A stretch of DNA of 32,000 nt, from the NCBI RefSeq assembly GCF_000012925.1, contig NC_007517.1:780001-812000 (forward strand), written 5' to 3'. The stretch comes from Geobacter metallireducens GS-15. GTDB taxonomy: Bacteria > Desulfobacterota > Desulfuromonadia > Geobacterales > Geobacteraceae. The translations under genes and the position numbers were made by a program. The notes under the pieces were generated by a model. That model had not been told where the DNA came from. It was given only the letters and a program-made list of their open reading frames with translations, and ran no database searches. Shown piece after piece: positions 15,965 to 27,669 of the stretch (position 1 is its first letter; each line of letters starts with the position of its first letter).

Positions 15965-16450
15965 ATGTCAGATTCCTGTCCCTGCGGCACCGGCCGTCCC
16001 TTCGCCGACTGCTGCGAGCCGTTCATCACGGGGAAACGAGCCCCCCTTACCGCCGAGGAGCTCATGCGCTCCCGCTACTCCGCCTACACGAAGGTGGAGA
16101 TCGGCTACATCCACGATACCACCCATCCGGAACACCGGGGAGACTTTGACGAGAAGGGGACCCGCGAGTGGGCCGAGAGTTCCCGCTGGGAGGGGCTTGA
16201 GATTGTCTCGACCCTGGCCGGCGGGGCCGACGATACGGAAGGGAAGGTGGAGTTCATCGCCCGCTACCGCGACAAGGATGTGCGACGGACCCACCACGAG
16301 CTGGCCGAGTTCAAGAAGCTGGACGGAGCCTGGTACTTCACCGACGGCGTCGGCGTGAAGGCCGCCCCGGCCACCAGCGTCAAGGTGGGGCGAAACGATC
16401 CGTGCACCTGCGGCAGCGGCCAGAAATACAAGAAGTGCTGCGGTAAGTAG
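15965..16450 (+). CDS. ychJ: YchJ-family (UPF0225) protein with SEC-C metal-binding motifs at both ends
   Basis: N-terminal CPCGTGRPFADCC, C-terminal NDPCTCGSGQKYKKCC and the central RSRYSAYT block. Confidence 0.85.
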   Translation: MSDSCPCGTGRPFADCCEPFITGKRAPLTAEELMRSRYSAYTKVEIGYIHDTTHPEHRGDFDEKGTREWAESSRWEGLEIVSTLAGGADDTEGKVEFIARYRDKDVRRTHHELAEFKKLDGAWYFTDGVGVKAAPATSVKVGRNDPCTCGSGQKYKKCCGK

Positions 16451-16480
16451 GGGATACCGTGCCCCTGAAAACCTTTGAAT

Positions 16481-18787
<2,307 letters not shown>

Positions 18788-18922
18788 GTGGTCCTCCAGT
18801 AGGAACGGCGTGGCTGCGAAAGGTGAAATGGGCCGTCACGGTGGCACTTTTCCTTGCATTTCGGGGGGTAAGGTGTGCTACTATCCGCCCATTAATGAAA
18901 GTTGTCGAAAGGTAAGGGGCCC

Positions 18923-19309
18923 ATGGCGGAAAAACGGGACATCACCAGGCACAAGAAGCGGCTGTCGCTGCGGTTCGGCACGACTACTCCCACACGCCTC
19001 GCCTACACCGAAGATGTTTCGGCCCACGGTCTCTTCATTAAAACCACCAACCTCTGCCCGCCGGGCACCCGCATCCAGATCGAACTGACCCTCCCCGACG
19101 AGGAGCCGGTTTTCCTGGAGGGGATGGTCCGCTGGACCAAGAAGGTCCCTCCTCAAATGATCCATCTCGTGAAGAAGAGCGGCATGGGGGTCATGATCAC
19201 GAAGTTCATCGCCGGCGAAATGGCCTACCGGCATTTCATCGACGAGCTTCACGCCAGAACCGGCCACTCCCTTCCTCCCGCTCCTCTCCGTTCCCCAGAA
19301 ACTCCATAA
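18923..19309 (+). CDS. PilZ-domain protein (c-di-GMP-binding type motifs)
   Basis: RHKKR (RxxxR) is followed by EDVSAHGLFI (D/NxSxxG). ATG 18923 is preferred over TTG 18902. Confidence 0.7.
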   Translation: MAEKRDITRHKKRLSLRFGTTTPTRLAYTEDVSAHGLFIKTTNLCPPGTRIQIELTLPDEEPVFLEGMVRWTKKVPPQMIHLVKKSGMGVMITKFIAGEMAYRHFIDELHARTGHSLPPAPLRSPETP

Positions 19310-20129
19310 TCGCCGCAAGGGTCTCGCGGGGACGCTCTTCGTGGGGGTTGTGGCCGCAGCCATCGATCACCGCGAGCCGGGCATCCGGCATCTCTTCCGC
19401 GAGCCGCTTCCCCTGGCCGATCCGCACGATCCGGTCCTCCTTTCCCCAGACAATCAGGGTAGGTATGTCGATCTCCCGGTAGCGGGCCGTGATCGCGCCG
19501 TAGCTGTCCGGGTCGATGGCCCGGGCGCTCCGGATCAGGACCCCTGCCATGCCCCGCCGGCCGAAGCAGTGCTCGTAACGCCTGATCCGCTCGGGAGTGA
19601 TGGCCCTCGTGTCGTGGAAGACCCGGGCGAGGGTGTAGCGGACAATGGTGCGCACCGGGATGAGGGCCATGCCGATACGTGCCAGGAACGGAATCCGGAG
19701 CCACCCCATGAGCCGCGGGAGCTTCTGGGGGTAGGCGGAACAGGCGACGAGGATGAGCCGCGCTACGAGGCCCGTGTCTCCCCGGTCCCGTGCCTGGAGG
19801 GTGACGAGGAGGGCGATGGCGCCGCCGAGGGAATGCCCGGTCAGGATGACACGCGAAAGTCCCTTTGCCTTCAGGAATGCAGTGGTCACCGCGGCCTGCT
19901 CCTCGATGGCGTAGGAGCCGGTGCGGGGCTTGGAGGAAAAGCCGAACCCTTTCAGGTCGATAAGATAGAGGGTGAAACGCTCTGCCGGGAAAAGGGGGAC
20001 GATGTCATTCCACGTGGTGCGGGCAGCCGCGAAGCCGTGGACAAAGACGACCGGCGTCGGGCCGTGGCCGACAACGCGATAGCTGATGTCGACGCCGGGA
20101 CCGTAGACGAAGGTGAGCCTGTCGCCCAT
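19236..20129 (-). CDS. Alpha/beta-fold hydrolase
   Basis: The start is MGDRLTFVYG at 20129. VVFVHGF forms the oxyanion region, GHSLGG is the nucleophile elbow, and GCGHNPHEE carries the catalytic His. Confidence 0.85.
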   Translation of the reverse strand: MGDRLTFVYGPGVDISYRVVGHGPTPVVFVHGFAAARTTWNDIVPLFPAERFTLYLIDLKGFGFSSKPRTGSYAIEEQAAVTTAFLKAKGLSRVILTGHSLGGAIALLVTLQARDRGDTGLVARLILVACSAYPQKLPRLMGWLRIPFLARIGMALIPVRTIVRYTLARVFHDTRAITPERIRRYEHCFGRRGMAGVLIRSARAIDPDSYGAITARYREIDIPTLIVWGKEDRIVRIGQGKRLAEEMPDARLAVIDGCGHNPHEERPRETLAAIMEFLGNGEEREEGSGRFWREARR

Positions 20130-20136
20130 GGCGGCG

Positions 20137-20535
20137 TCAGCAGGAGACGATCTTGAGGGCAACCTTGCGCTGGCGCGGCCCGTCGAACTCGCAGAGGTAG
20201 ATGGATTGCCAGGTGCCAAGCAGGAGCTTCCCCTCGTTGAAGAAGACCGTCAGGGAAGTCCCAGTGAGGGTCGACTTGATGTGGGCGTCGGAGTTCCCTT
20301 CCTTGTGGGTGAAGTACGGGTCGCGGGGGACGAGGCGGTCGAGGTAGGTCAGTATGTCCCGTTGGACGGCCGGGTCAGCCCCTTCGTTGATGGTCAGGCC
20401 GGCGGTGGTGTGGAGGACGAAGATATGGCAGATGCCGCAGGTGACGCCGGAACCCCGCACCTGCTCCCGTACCATGGAAGTGATGTCGATGAACTCCGCT
20501 TTAGCCCTGCTCCTGATTTCCAGGTATCTGACCAT
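20137..20535 (-). CDS. YjbQ/UPF0047-family protein (secondary thiamine-phosphate synthase-like)
   Basis: Contains MVRYLEIRSRAKAEFIDIT...HTTAGLTINE..DP....D and GNSDAHIKSTL blocks. GGGAGG lies 9 nt upstream of ATG 20535. GTG 20568 is a less likely start. Confidence 0.75.
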   Translation of the reverse strand: MVRYLEIRSRAKAEFIDITSMVREQVRGSGVTCGICHIFVLHTTAGLTINEGADPAVQRDILTYLDRLVPRDPYFTHKEGNSDAHIKSTLTGTSLTVFFNEGKLLLGTWQSIYLCEFDGPRQRKVALKIVSC

Positions 20536-20564
20536 GGCCCCGTCCCTCCCCGATGGTTTGTTCG

Positions 20565-21008
20565 TCACCTGAGTCTCAACTTTTTCATAACTATGCCGAG
20601 ATACTTGTTAATGGGGTGGTCCCGCCTGAGAAAGCCGACTACCGGCGGTTTGCGCAGGCCGATCTTGCGCAATTCCGCCTCGATGTGGCTGTTGGACTCG
20701 TACAGGAGCCCCTGGCGGAACACGTGGATGGCGTCTTTCGTGCTTCCCGCTTGGAGATACACTCGTCCCAAGTTCAGGTAGTGAACCGCGTTTTGGGGAT
20801 CTTTGCGGATCGCCTCCTGGCAAAGCTGAATTGCCCGATCGAACTGACGACGCTCCTTGGCGAGGCAGAAGGCCAGATAGGACCAGTTGGCGGGGGTATT
20901 TCTGCGTTCTACCGCCTCTTCGAAGCATTCGAGGGCAAGGGATGTCTTGCCGCTGTTGACGGCCCGGATGCCCCTGGCAATAAGCTCCTCGACGTTTGTG
21001 CCGGCCAC
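20565..21008 (-). CDS. TPR-repeat protein
   Basis: GTG start lies 5 nt after AGGAGG. Three to four TPR-like helix pairs are visible (ALECFEEAVE.., YLAFCLAKE.., AIQLCQEAIRKDPQNAVHYLNLGRVYLQAG). Confidence 0.7.
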   Translation of the reverse strand: MAGTNVEELIARGIRAVNSGKTSLALECFEEAVERRNTPANWSYLAFCLAKERRQFDRAIQLCQEAIRKDPQNAVHYLNLGRVYLQAGSTKDAIHVFRQGLLYESNSHIEAELRKIGLRKPPVVGFLRRDHPINKYLGIVMKKLRLR

Positions 21009-21188
21009 GGCTTCCTCCTGATGAAGTGTCTGGTAGTATTATAAAAGTTCACCGGGAGGTGTAAACACTTTTTCTTTTCTTTTTCTGGTGGTTATACGGA
21101 GAAGCGGTATATTGAATTTTATTCTTAACCACTGTTTTATTTTGTGGTATACCTAAAATACTTTTATTTAAACTAAAAAGGAGGGGGC

Positions 21189-22346
21189 ATGAACATTCAT
21201 GAGTACCAGGCAAAGGAGATCCTGAGCTCGTACAGCATCCCGGTCCCGCGGGGGCGGGTGGCACTCACGTCCGACCAGGTGGAGCGGGCTGCCAAGGAGA
21301 TGGGGGGGCGCTGCGTCATCAAGGCCCAGATCTACGCCGGTGGCCGCGGCAAGGCCGGCGGGGTGAAGCTGGTCCATCACCCGGAGCAGGCTCAGGATTA
21401 CGGCAAGGAGCTCTTTGGCAAGCGTCTCGTGACTCCCCAGACCGGCCCCGAGGGGCTGAAGGTCCGCCGCATCCTCGTGGAGGAGGCGGTGGAGATCGCC
21501 CGGGAGTTCTACCTCTCCATCACTCTGGACCGGGCAACCTCCCGTTATTGCCTCATCGCCTCCGCCGAAGGGGGGGTAGACATTGAGGAAGTGGCCCAGA
21601 AGTCCCCCGAGAAGATCCACGTCCTCACCATCGACCCCTACACGGGCCTTCGCCCCTACCTGGCCCGCAAGATCGCCCTGGCCCTGGGGCTCACGGGGAG
21701 CCTCTGCGAGGACTGCGTGGAGCTGATGCTGAACCTCTACAAGGTCGTGCTCGACAAGGACTGCTCCCTGGTGGAGATCAACCCCCTGGTGGTGACCCGG
21801 GCCGGCTGGCTCATGGCCATGGACGCCAAGATCAACTTCGACGACAACGCCGTCTTCCGGCACCGGGAATACCCCGACATGATGGATTACTCCCAGCTGG
21901 ACACCCTGGAGATCAATGCCGGCAAGTACGATCTCTCCTACATCAAGCTCTCCGGCAACATCGGCTGCATGGTGAACGGCGCCGGCCTGGCCATGGCCAC
22001 CCTCGACGTGCTGAAGGAATACGGCGGCGAGCCGGCCAACTTCCTGGACGTGGGGGGCGGCGCCACCCGCGAGAAGGTGGCCGAGGCCTTCAAGATCATC
22101 CTGGAGGATGCGGACGTGAAGGGGGTCTTTGTCAACATCTTCGGCGGGATCATGCGCTGCGACGTCATCGCCCAAGGGATCATCGAGGCGGCAAGCGAGG
22201 TCCACTGCACCCTTCCCATCGTGGTCCGGATGGACGGGAGCAAGGTGCTGGAGGGGAAGCAACTCTTGGTGGATTCGGGGCTCAACGTCCAGACCGCCGA
22301 CTCCCTCGGTGAGGGGGCGGAGCGGATCGTGCAGATGCTGGGCTGA
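21189..22346 (+). CDS. sucC: Succinyl-CoA synthetase (ADP-forming) beta subunit
   Basis: Contains [12 protein letters not shown]..., the ATP-grasp region and [17 protein letters not shown]...[28 protein letters not shown] is present. Confidence 0.95.
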   Translation: MNIHEYQAKEILSSYSIPVPRGRVALTSDQVERAAKEMGGRCVIKAQIYAGGRGKAGGVKLVHHPEQAQDYGKELFGKRLVTPQTGPEGLKVRRILVEEAVEIAREFYLSITLDRATSRYCLIASAEGGVDIEEVAQKSPEKIHVLTIDPYTGLRPYLARKIALALGLTGSLCEDCVELMLNLYKVVLDKDCSLVEINPLVVTRAGWLMAMDAKINFDDNAVFRHREYPDMMDYSQLDTLEINAGKYDLSYIKLSGNIGCMVNGAGLAMATLDVLKEYGGEPANFLDVGGGATREKVAEAFKIILEDADVKGVFVNIFGGIMRCDVIAQGIIEAASEVHCTLPIVVRMDGSKVLEGKQLLVDSGLNVQTADSLGEGAERIVQMLG

Positions 22347-22381
22347 CGGCCATTACATTACAGACAACACGGAGATCATCA

Positions 22382-23257
22382 ATGTCCATACTCATCAACA
22401 AGGATTCAAAGATAGTCGTCCAGGGAATCACGGGCCGCAGCGGCCTCTTCCACACCCAGCAGTGCCGGGACTATGGCTCCAGGATCGTGGCCGGCGTCAC
22501 CCCGGGCAAGGGGGGGATCCACATCGAGGGGATTCCGGTCTTCAATACGGTGGAGGAGGCGGTGCGGTACACCGGCGCCAATGTCTCCATGATTTTCGTT
22601 CCACCCCCTGGGGCCGCCGACGCCATCCTTGAGGCGGCCGACGCGGGGGTCGACCTGGCGGTCTGCATCACCGAAGGGATCCCGGTGCGCGACATGGTGC
22701 CGGTGAAGCGGATTCTCCAGGGGAGCAAGACCCGCCTCGTGGGGCCCAACTGCCCCGGCGTCATCACCCCGGGCGAGTGCAAGGTGGGGATCATGCCCGG
22801 CTACATCCACAAGCCCGGCAAGATCGGCGTCGTCTCCCGCAGCGGCACCCTCACCTACGAGGCGGTGAAGCAGATCACCGAGGCGGGGCTCGGCCAGTCC
22901 ACCTGTGTCGGCATCGGCGGCGACCCCATCATCGGCATGCAGTTCATCGATGTCCTGAAGCTTTTCAACGAGGACAAGCAAACCGAGGCGGTCTTCATGA
23001 TCGGCGAGATCGGCGGGAGCGCCGAAGAGGACGCCGCCGAGTGGATCCGGGAGAACATGAAGAAGCCCGTGGCCGCCTTCATCGCCGGGGTCACCGCCCC
23101 CCCGGGAAAGCGGATGGGCCATGCCGGCGCCATCATCACCGGCGGGAAGGGAAAGGCGGAGGACAAGATTCGCACCCTGGGCGAGTGCGGCGTGGTCGTG
23201 GCCCCGAGCCCCACGAAAATGGGGGCGGCCATGCTGGAGGCCCTTGGCAAGAAGTAA
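22382..23257 (+). CDS. sucD: Succinyl-CoA synthetase alpha subunit
   Basis: Contains [47 protein letters not shown] and the phosphohistidine loop MGHAGAII. Confidence 0.95.
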   Translation: MSILINKDSKIVVQGITGRSGLFHTQQCRDYGSRIVAGVTPGKGGIHIEGIPVFNTVEEAVRYTGANVSMIFVPPPGAADAILEAADAGVDLAVCITEGIPVRDMVPVKRILQGSKTRLVGPNCPGVITPGECKVGIMPGYIHKPGKIGVVSRSGTLTYEAVKQITEAGLGQSTCVGIGGDPIIGMQFIDVLKLFNEDKQTEAVFMIGEIGGSAEEDAAEWIRENMKKPVAAFIAGVTAPPGKRMGHAGAIITGGKGKAEDKIRTLGECGVVVAPSPTKMGAAMLEALGKK

Positions 23258-23282
23258 GGAGTTCCGTTCCGTTATTGATTGG

Positions 23283-23320
23283 GAAGGGCTATGGCCAGGA
23301 AGGCATGGCCCTTCTTTTTT
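23283..23320 (+). terminator. Intrinsic terminator after sucD
   Basis: GAAGGGC...GCCCTTC stem followed by TTTTTT. Confidence 0.7.
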
Positions 23321-23397
23321 GCCGGGATTTTGTGTATCCTCCCTGGAGGCAAACACTTCAGGTGTTTCGCAGGATGGGGTAGCGGCATGGAGGAGCA

Positions 23398-25008
23398 ATG
23401 GGGGAAGAGTCAGGCGTGATTGTCGAGCTGCAGCGGGAGATTGAAGCGTTACGCGAGCGCATCCGGGACTTCGAGGCGCGGGAAGCCGAATGCATCCTGG
23501 TACATCAGGAACTGTTCCGTGCCCGCCGCGAGTGGGAGAGTATCTTTCAGGGGATTGCCCATCCGACGGTGATCCTCGATTCCCGGCACGTGGTCGTTGC
23601 CGCCAACCGGGCCGTGGTGAAGGCCGCAGGGACAAGCGAAGGGGAAATTATCGGCAGGAAATGTTACGAGGTTTTCCACAATTCGGGATGCACCGAGCCG
23701 CCACGGGTGTGCCCCATGGAGATGATGCTCCTGTCGAACGGTGAGGAGACAATCGAGGTGGAGGCCGAGGCCTTCGGCGGTGTCTTTCTCGTGTCGTGCA
23801 CCCCTGTCTTCGACGATGGGGGAAAGGTGGACAAGATCATCCATATCGCCACCGACATCACCGCGCGCAAAAGGGCTGAGGAGTCCTTGCGGGAGAGCGA
23901 GGAACGGTACCGGATCGTGGCCGACTATTCCTCCGACTGGGATTTCTGGCTCTCGCCCGAGGGTACCCTTTCATACGTTTCGCCTGCCTGCTTGGATATT
24001 ACCGGCTATGCCCCTGCTGAGTTCTACGCTGACCCCTCCCTGAACGCGGCAATCGTTCATCCCGACGACCGGGAGATGATAGCGCGGCACAACGAGGAGG
24101 CAATGTCCTCCAACGAAAAGAGTGCAATGGAGCTGCGCATCATCACCAAGGGGGGCGAAACCCGCTGGATATTCCATGTGTGCCAGACCGTTTACGACAG
24201 TGAGGGGAAAAGCCGGGGCCGCCGCGCCAGCAACCGCGATATCACGGCTCTCAAGCGGGTTGAGGAGGAAAACCGGAGGCTCCATGCCGAACTCGAACTC
24301 CGGGTCATGGAACGGACCGCCCAACTCGAAGCGGCCAACCGTGAACTCGAATCCTTCTGCTACTCGGTTTCCCACGACCTGCGTGCTCCGCTGCGCCATA
24401 TCGAGGGGTTCTCCAGCATCCTCATTGAGGATTGCGCCGAGGGGCTCGACGAAACGGGGAAGGGGTATCTGGATCGTGTCGTCCGCGCCACCAGGCGGAT
24501 GGATGAGCTGGTGGACGCCCTTCTCAGGCTTTCCCGTTACACCCGGGACTACATGACGTTCGAGCCGGTTGACCTGAGCGACATGACCAGGGAGATCATG
24601 GGTGAGTTCACCAAGAGCAATCCTGAGCGGAAGGTAACGATCACCATTCAGGAGGGGCTCAGGGCCATGGGAGACGCGCGTCTCCTGCGGGTGGTGATGG
24701 AGAACCTTCTCGGCAACGCCTGGAAGTTCACGGGAAAGATCGAGGAGGGGGAGATCGAGTTCGGGAGGGAAGAGCGCGACGGGCGGGGCGTGTTATTCGT
24801 TCGGGACAATGGCGCGGGCTTCGACATGGCTTACGTCGACAAGCTGTTCAATGCCTTCCAGCGGCTCCATGGCAGCGATGAGTTCGAGGGGACCGGCATC
24901 GGCCTTGCCACGGTCCAGCGGATCATTCATCGCCACGGCGGCGAGGTCTGGGCCCATGCGGCGCCGAACCGGGGCGCAACCTTCTCGTTCACGCTCCCCC
25001 CGGCGTGA
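23398..25008 (+). CDS. Cytoplasmic sensor histidine kinase (coiled coil, two PAS domains, HisKA, HATPase_c)
   Basis: No TM segments. PAS1 carries a Cys/His cluster. PAS2/PAC is EERYRIVADYSSDWDFW. H-box is FCYSVSHDLRAPL. Also contains LLGNAWKFTG, VRDNGAGF and GTGIGLATV. No adjacent response regulator. Confidence 0.88.
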   Translation: MGEESGVIVELQREIEALRERIRDFEAREAECILVHQELFRARREWESIFQGIAHPTVILDSRHVVVAANRAVVKAAGTSEGEIIGRKCYEVFHNSGCTEPPRVCPMEMMLLSNGEETIEVEAEAFGGVFLVSCTPVFDDGGKVDKIIHIATDITARKRAEESLRESEERYRIVADYSSDWDFWLSPEGTLSYVSPACLDITGYAPAEFYADPSLNAAIVHPDDREMIARHNEEAMSSNEKSAMELRIITKGGETRWIFHVCQTVYDSEGKSRGRRASNRDITALKRVEEENRRLHAELELRVMERTAQLEAANRELESFCYSVSHDLRAPLRHIEGFSSILIEDCAEGLDETGKGYLDRVVRATRRMDELVDALLRLSRYTRDYMTFEPVDLSDMTREIMGEFTKSNPERKVTITIQEGLRAMGDARLLRVVMENLLGNAWKFTGKIEEGEIEFGREERDGRGVLFVRDNGAGFDMAYVDKLFNAFQRLHGSDEFEGTGIGLATVQRIIHRHGGEVWAHAAPNRGATFSFTLPPA

Positions 25009-25030
25009 CGCCCCGGTCATGCCGGAAGCG

Positions 25031-25065
25031 AAAAGAGCGATGCCCCTTCAGGCACCGCTCTTTTT
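25031..25065. terminator. Bidirectional terminator between the kinase and aminotransferase genes
   Basis: AAAAGAGCG-(inner TGCC/GGCA)-CGCTCTTTTT. Confidence 0.65.
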
Positions 25066-25085
25066 CGTGGAGTTTCCCTCCAACG

Positions 25086-26279
25086 CTATCCCCCCAGCCC
25101 CGTCTCCCGGGCCAGCTGTTGCCAGGCGGGAAGACTCCGCTCGATCATTCCCCGGTCGACGCAGTAGGCAATCCGGAAGAAGCCGGGGGCGCCGAAGCCG
25201 GCCCCGGGAACCAGCAGAATCCGGTGTTTCTGGGCCATCTTCACGAACTCCACATCGTCGGTCAGCGGTGACTTGGGAAAGAGGTAAAAGGCGCCGTCGG
25301 GCCGCACCATCTCGAAGCCCATGGCGGTGAGGCGGTCGTAGAGAAGGTCCCGCTTGGACTGGTACTCGCCGATGTCCACGGAGGCCCGCTGGAGCTTTGT
25401 CACGAGCCGCTGCATGAGGGCCGGCGCGTTCACGTAGCCGAGGACCCGGTTGCTGAAGACCGCCCCTTCCACGAACTGCTCTACTCCCCGGGCACTGGGG
25501 TTGACGGCCAGGTAGCCGATCCGCTCGCCGGGGAGTGCCAGGTCCTTGCTGTGGGAGGTGACGATGACCGAGCTCTCCACGTACCGGAAGATGTTCGGCA
25601 CATGCTTGCCGTCAAAGGCGATCCGGGCGTAGGGTTCGTCGGAGATGACGTAAATCTGTCGGTCGTAGCGCCGCTCTGCCCGCGCAAGCATTTCGCCCAG
25701 TTCCTTCAGGCTCTCTTCCGGGTAGATGACGCCGGTGGGGTTGTTGGGGGAGCAGATGATGACGGCCCGGGTTTTGTTGGTGATGGCGGCTTCGATGGCC
25801 GGGATGTTCAGCTGGAAGGTCTCCCTGTTGGTCCAGACCTCCTTCGGCACCCCGCCGTGGTTGTCGATGTAGAACTTGTACTCCACGAAGTAGGGGGTGA
25901 GGATGATCACCTCTTCGCCCGGATTGAGGATGGTCTTTAGGACCACGTTCAGGGCGCCGCCGGCCCCGCAGGTCATCACCACGTGCCCGGCTTCCACGGG
26001 GAGGCCGGACGCCTCGGCAAGCACCTCAGCCACGGCGGCCCGGGTCTCCTGGTAGCCGGCGTTGTTCATGTAGCGGTGCATGCCGGGGATGGGATTGGTG
26101 GCGAGGCGGGCGAACTCCTCCTGGAACTCCCGGGGGGGCTCCGTGTCGGGATTGCCGAGGGTGAAGTCGTACACGTTCTCGGCCCCGTGGACCTGGCGCA
26201 GCCGCTCCCCCTCCTCGAACATCTTCCTGATCCAGGACGACTTGGAGATGTGGCCGGCGATTTTTGTGGCGATGGGCAT
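25086..26279 (-). CDS. PLP-dependent aminotransferase, class I/II (aspartate/aromatic type)
   Basis: The start is MPIATKIAGHISKSSWIRKMFEEG at 26279, after GAGG. Contains NPTG and SHSKDLALPGERIGY (PLP lysine). The 118-codon track extension is unsupported. Confidence 0.88.
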   Translation of the reverse strand: MPIATKIAGHISKSSWIRKMFEEGERLRQVHGAENVYDFTLGNPDTEPPREFQEEFARLATNPIPGMHRYMNNAGYQETRAAVAEVLAEASGLPVEAGHVVMTCGAGGALNVVLKTILNPGEEVIILTPYFVEYKFYIDNHGGVPKEVWTNRETFQLNIPAIEAAITNKTRAVIICSPNNPTGVIYPEESLKELGEMLARAERRYDRQIYVISDEPYARIAFDGKHVPNIFRYVESSVIVTSHSKDLALPGERIGYLAVNPSARGVEQFVEGAVFSNRVLGYVNAPALMQRLVTKLQRASVDIGEYQSKRDLLYDRLTAMGFEMVRPDGAFYLFPKSPLTDDVEFVKMAQKHRILLVPGAGFGAPGFFRIAYCVDRGMIERSLPAWQQLARETGLGG

Positions 26280-26435
26280 GGTGACAACCTCGCTGTAAAA
26301 TGGATATGCGAATTTGTAGCACAGGACTAGATCAATGGGCAAGAATGCAGTTGTTTTAAGCTTGGAATCGTGCCAATCTTCCGATACTTCGCGGGTCGCG
26401 ATTGGCGTTTTGTCCCTTACATTCAGTGCCAGATC

Positions 26436-26451
26436 TGGAAAAAATCTTGCA
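26436..26451 (+). promoter_or_regulatory. Sigma-54-like -24/-12 promoter upstream of the CXXCH/minor-pilin operon
   Basis: TGGAAA-aaatc-TTGCA has correct GG-N10-GC spacing and lies 76 nt upstream of ATG 26527. The -24 box is weaker than consensus. Confidence 0.35.
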
Positions 26452-26526
26452 TAACTTTTCATGCATGTGGACCATACGCTGATTTTTTTGCCGATGGTCC
26501 AATACAATACCGATTGTGAGAGAAGA

Positions 26527-27240
26527 ATGAGATCCTTCCTGATAATGCTGTGTTTCATGGCGGTCATGCTTGGCAGTGTACCCTTTGTTGGGTCCGTCCA
26601 TGCCATGTCGGCTTTTTCGCGTAAATACGGCATGAAATGTGATTCATGCCATCGCCAGAGGATTCCGGAACTGAACGATTTCGGTGTGGCGTTTTACAAG
26701 AACGGTTTCATGCTGCCTGGACAGAATGGCTCAGCGAAGAAAGATACGGCCGCTTCTGCCGCTGTACCCCCAGTGACCGGCAAGGAGAGTGACAGCGCCG
26801 GCGAAGGTGCCCCCAAGGCGTCGGTTAAAGGCCCCGGAGAGGGCAAAAATGAAGAGGAGGAAGAGGAGGAGGAGGAAGAACCGCCACCTCCGCCCACGGT
26901 TGTCTATCGTCTGCCGTCACGGGACGGGAGCGTCTACTTCACCGATAATCCTATCCGGCAGGAAAGTGTTCCGGTTTTGAGAAAAAAGCAAGGTAGCCGT
27001 CCTGCGCCGTCACGTGCCGGTGTAATCCATCCAGCAAAACATCAAGGACGAGTTGCCGCCAAACAGCGAATGCTTTCCAGCGTTTCTGCGGCAGTCTCCC
27101 AAGAGCATTTCCGAAGTTATGAGGAGTGCATGGAGCAATCATTGCTTAAAGAACCGCCTCCCATTTCTGCCGAAGAAACAATGAACCGTCTGACTGCGGC
27201 TGAGAAACGCTGTTCGGCATATCAGTCAATAAAACGGTAG
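26527..27240 (+). CDS. Secreted protein with a single CXXCH haem-binding motif, poly-Glu/poly-Pro linker and DUF4124-like segment
   Basis: Signal peptide is MRSFLIMLCFMAVMLGSVPFVGSVHA|MS. CDSCH lies at 26638-26652. E10-P5 lies around 26851-26895. VVYRLPSRDGSVYFTDNP resembles the DUF4124 core. Two further Cys residues are near the C-terminus. Confidence 0.65.
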   Translation: MRSFLIMLCFMAVMLGSVPFVGSVHAMSAFSRKYGMKCDSCHRQRIPELNDFGVAFYKNGFMLPGQNGSAKKDTAASAAVPPVTGKESDSAGEGAPKASVKGPGEGKNEEEEEEEEEEPPPPPTVVYRLPSRDGSVYFTDNPIRQESVPVLRKKQGSRPAPSRAGVIHPAKHQGRVAAKQRMLSSVSAAVSQEHFRSYEECMEQSLLKEPPPISAEETMNRLTAAEKRCSAYQSIKR

Positions 27241-27267
27241 CCGTTGCGAAGGAATAGTGGGACTGTT

Positions 27268-27666
27268 ATGACCAGCCGTTTGAACCAGAAAGGGTATACC
27301 CTCGTTGAGATGCTGATTGCCATGTTTCTTCTGGTGGTTGGCTTTCTGTCGGTTTTTCTGGTGCTCTGGGCCTCTACAACGTCGGGGCGTTTCAGTCGAG
27401 ACATGACGACCGCGGCAAACCTTGGCCAGGATATGCTGGAGCGGATCGGTACCATGAAGTATGACGATTTGCCTGAAACAAGCGGATTTCAGAACTATCC
27501 GGAACCGTTCGGCGACAAGAGCCTGGCTGCCGCTGCCTTCGAGGCGCGACAGTGGCGGATATCTTCGGCCGGCAGCATGAAGATCGTGACCGCCAGGATA
27601 TCGTGGATCAAAAACGGCGCCAGGAAGACAAGGGATTTCACCATGGTCAGGCGGAAAGAGTACTAG
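27268..27666 (+). CDS. pilV: Type IV pilus minor pilin, PilV-like
   Basis: The prepilin leader and cleavage/methylation motif MTSRLNQKG|YTLVEMLIAMFLLVVG is present. The protein is 132 aa. Confidence 0.6.
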   Translation: MTSRLNQKGYTLVEMLIAMFLLVVGFLSVFLVLWASTTSGRFSRDMTTAANLGQDMLERIGTMKYDDLPETSGFQNYPEPFGDKSLAAAAFEARQWRISSAGSMKIVTARISWIKNGARKTRDFTMVRRKEY

Positions 27667-27669
27667 ACA

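Noticed and set aside
21040-21188. AT-rich divergent region between the TPR gene and sucC, with several -10/-35-like hexamers (TTGAAT-N17-TTTTAT; TGgTATACC; TAAAAT)
   Set aside because: It is almost certainly promoter DNA, but I could not choose one hexamer pair with confidence. I therefore did not list it as a defined feature.
21168-23635. Long minus-strand ORFs (364 aa and 409 aa) opposite sucC and sucD
   Set aside because: These are typical high-GC antisense shadow ORFs with low-complexity Gly/Asp/His/Pro/Arg-rich translations. The plus-strand frames are unmistakable sucCD.
26280-26633. 118-codon N-terminal extension of the aminotransferase ORF. The same applies to the 67-codon extension of the kinase at 6413-6613.
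   Set aside because: The extensions run through AT-rich promoter DNA and have no family similarity. Internal ATGs with good RBS (26279 and 6412) give normal-length proteins.
26851-26895. GAR/CCN trinucleotide repeat tract
   Set aside because: It is the in-frame coding sequence for the E10-P5 linker of the CXXCH protein. It is not an independent microsatellite or CRISPR-like repeat.
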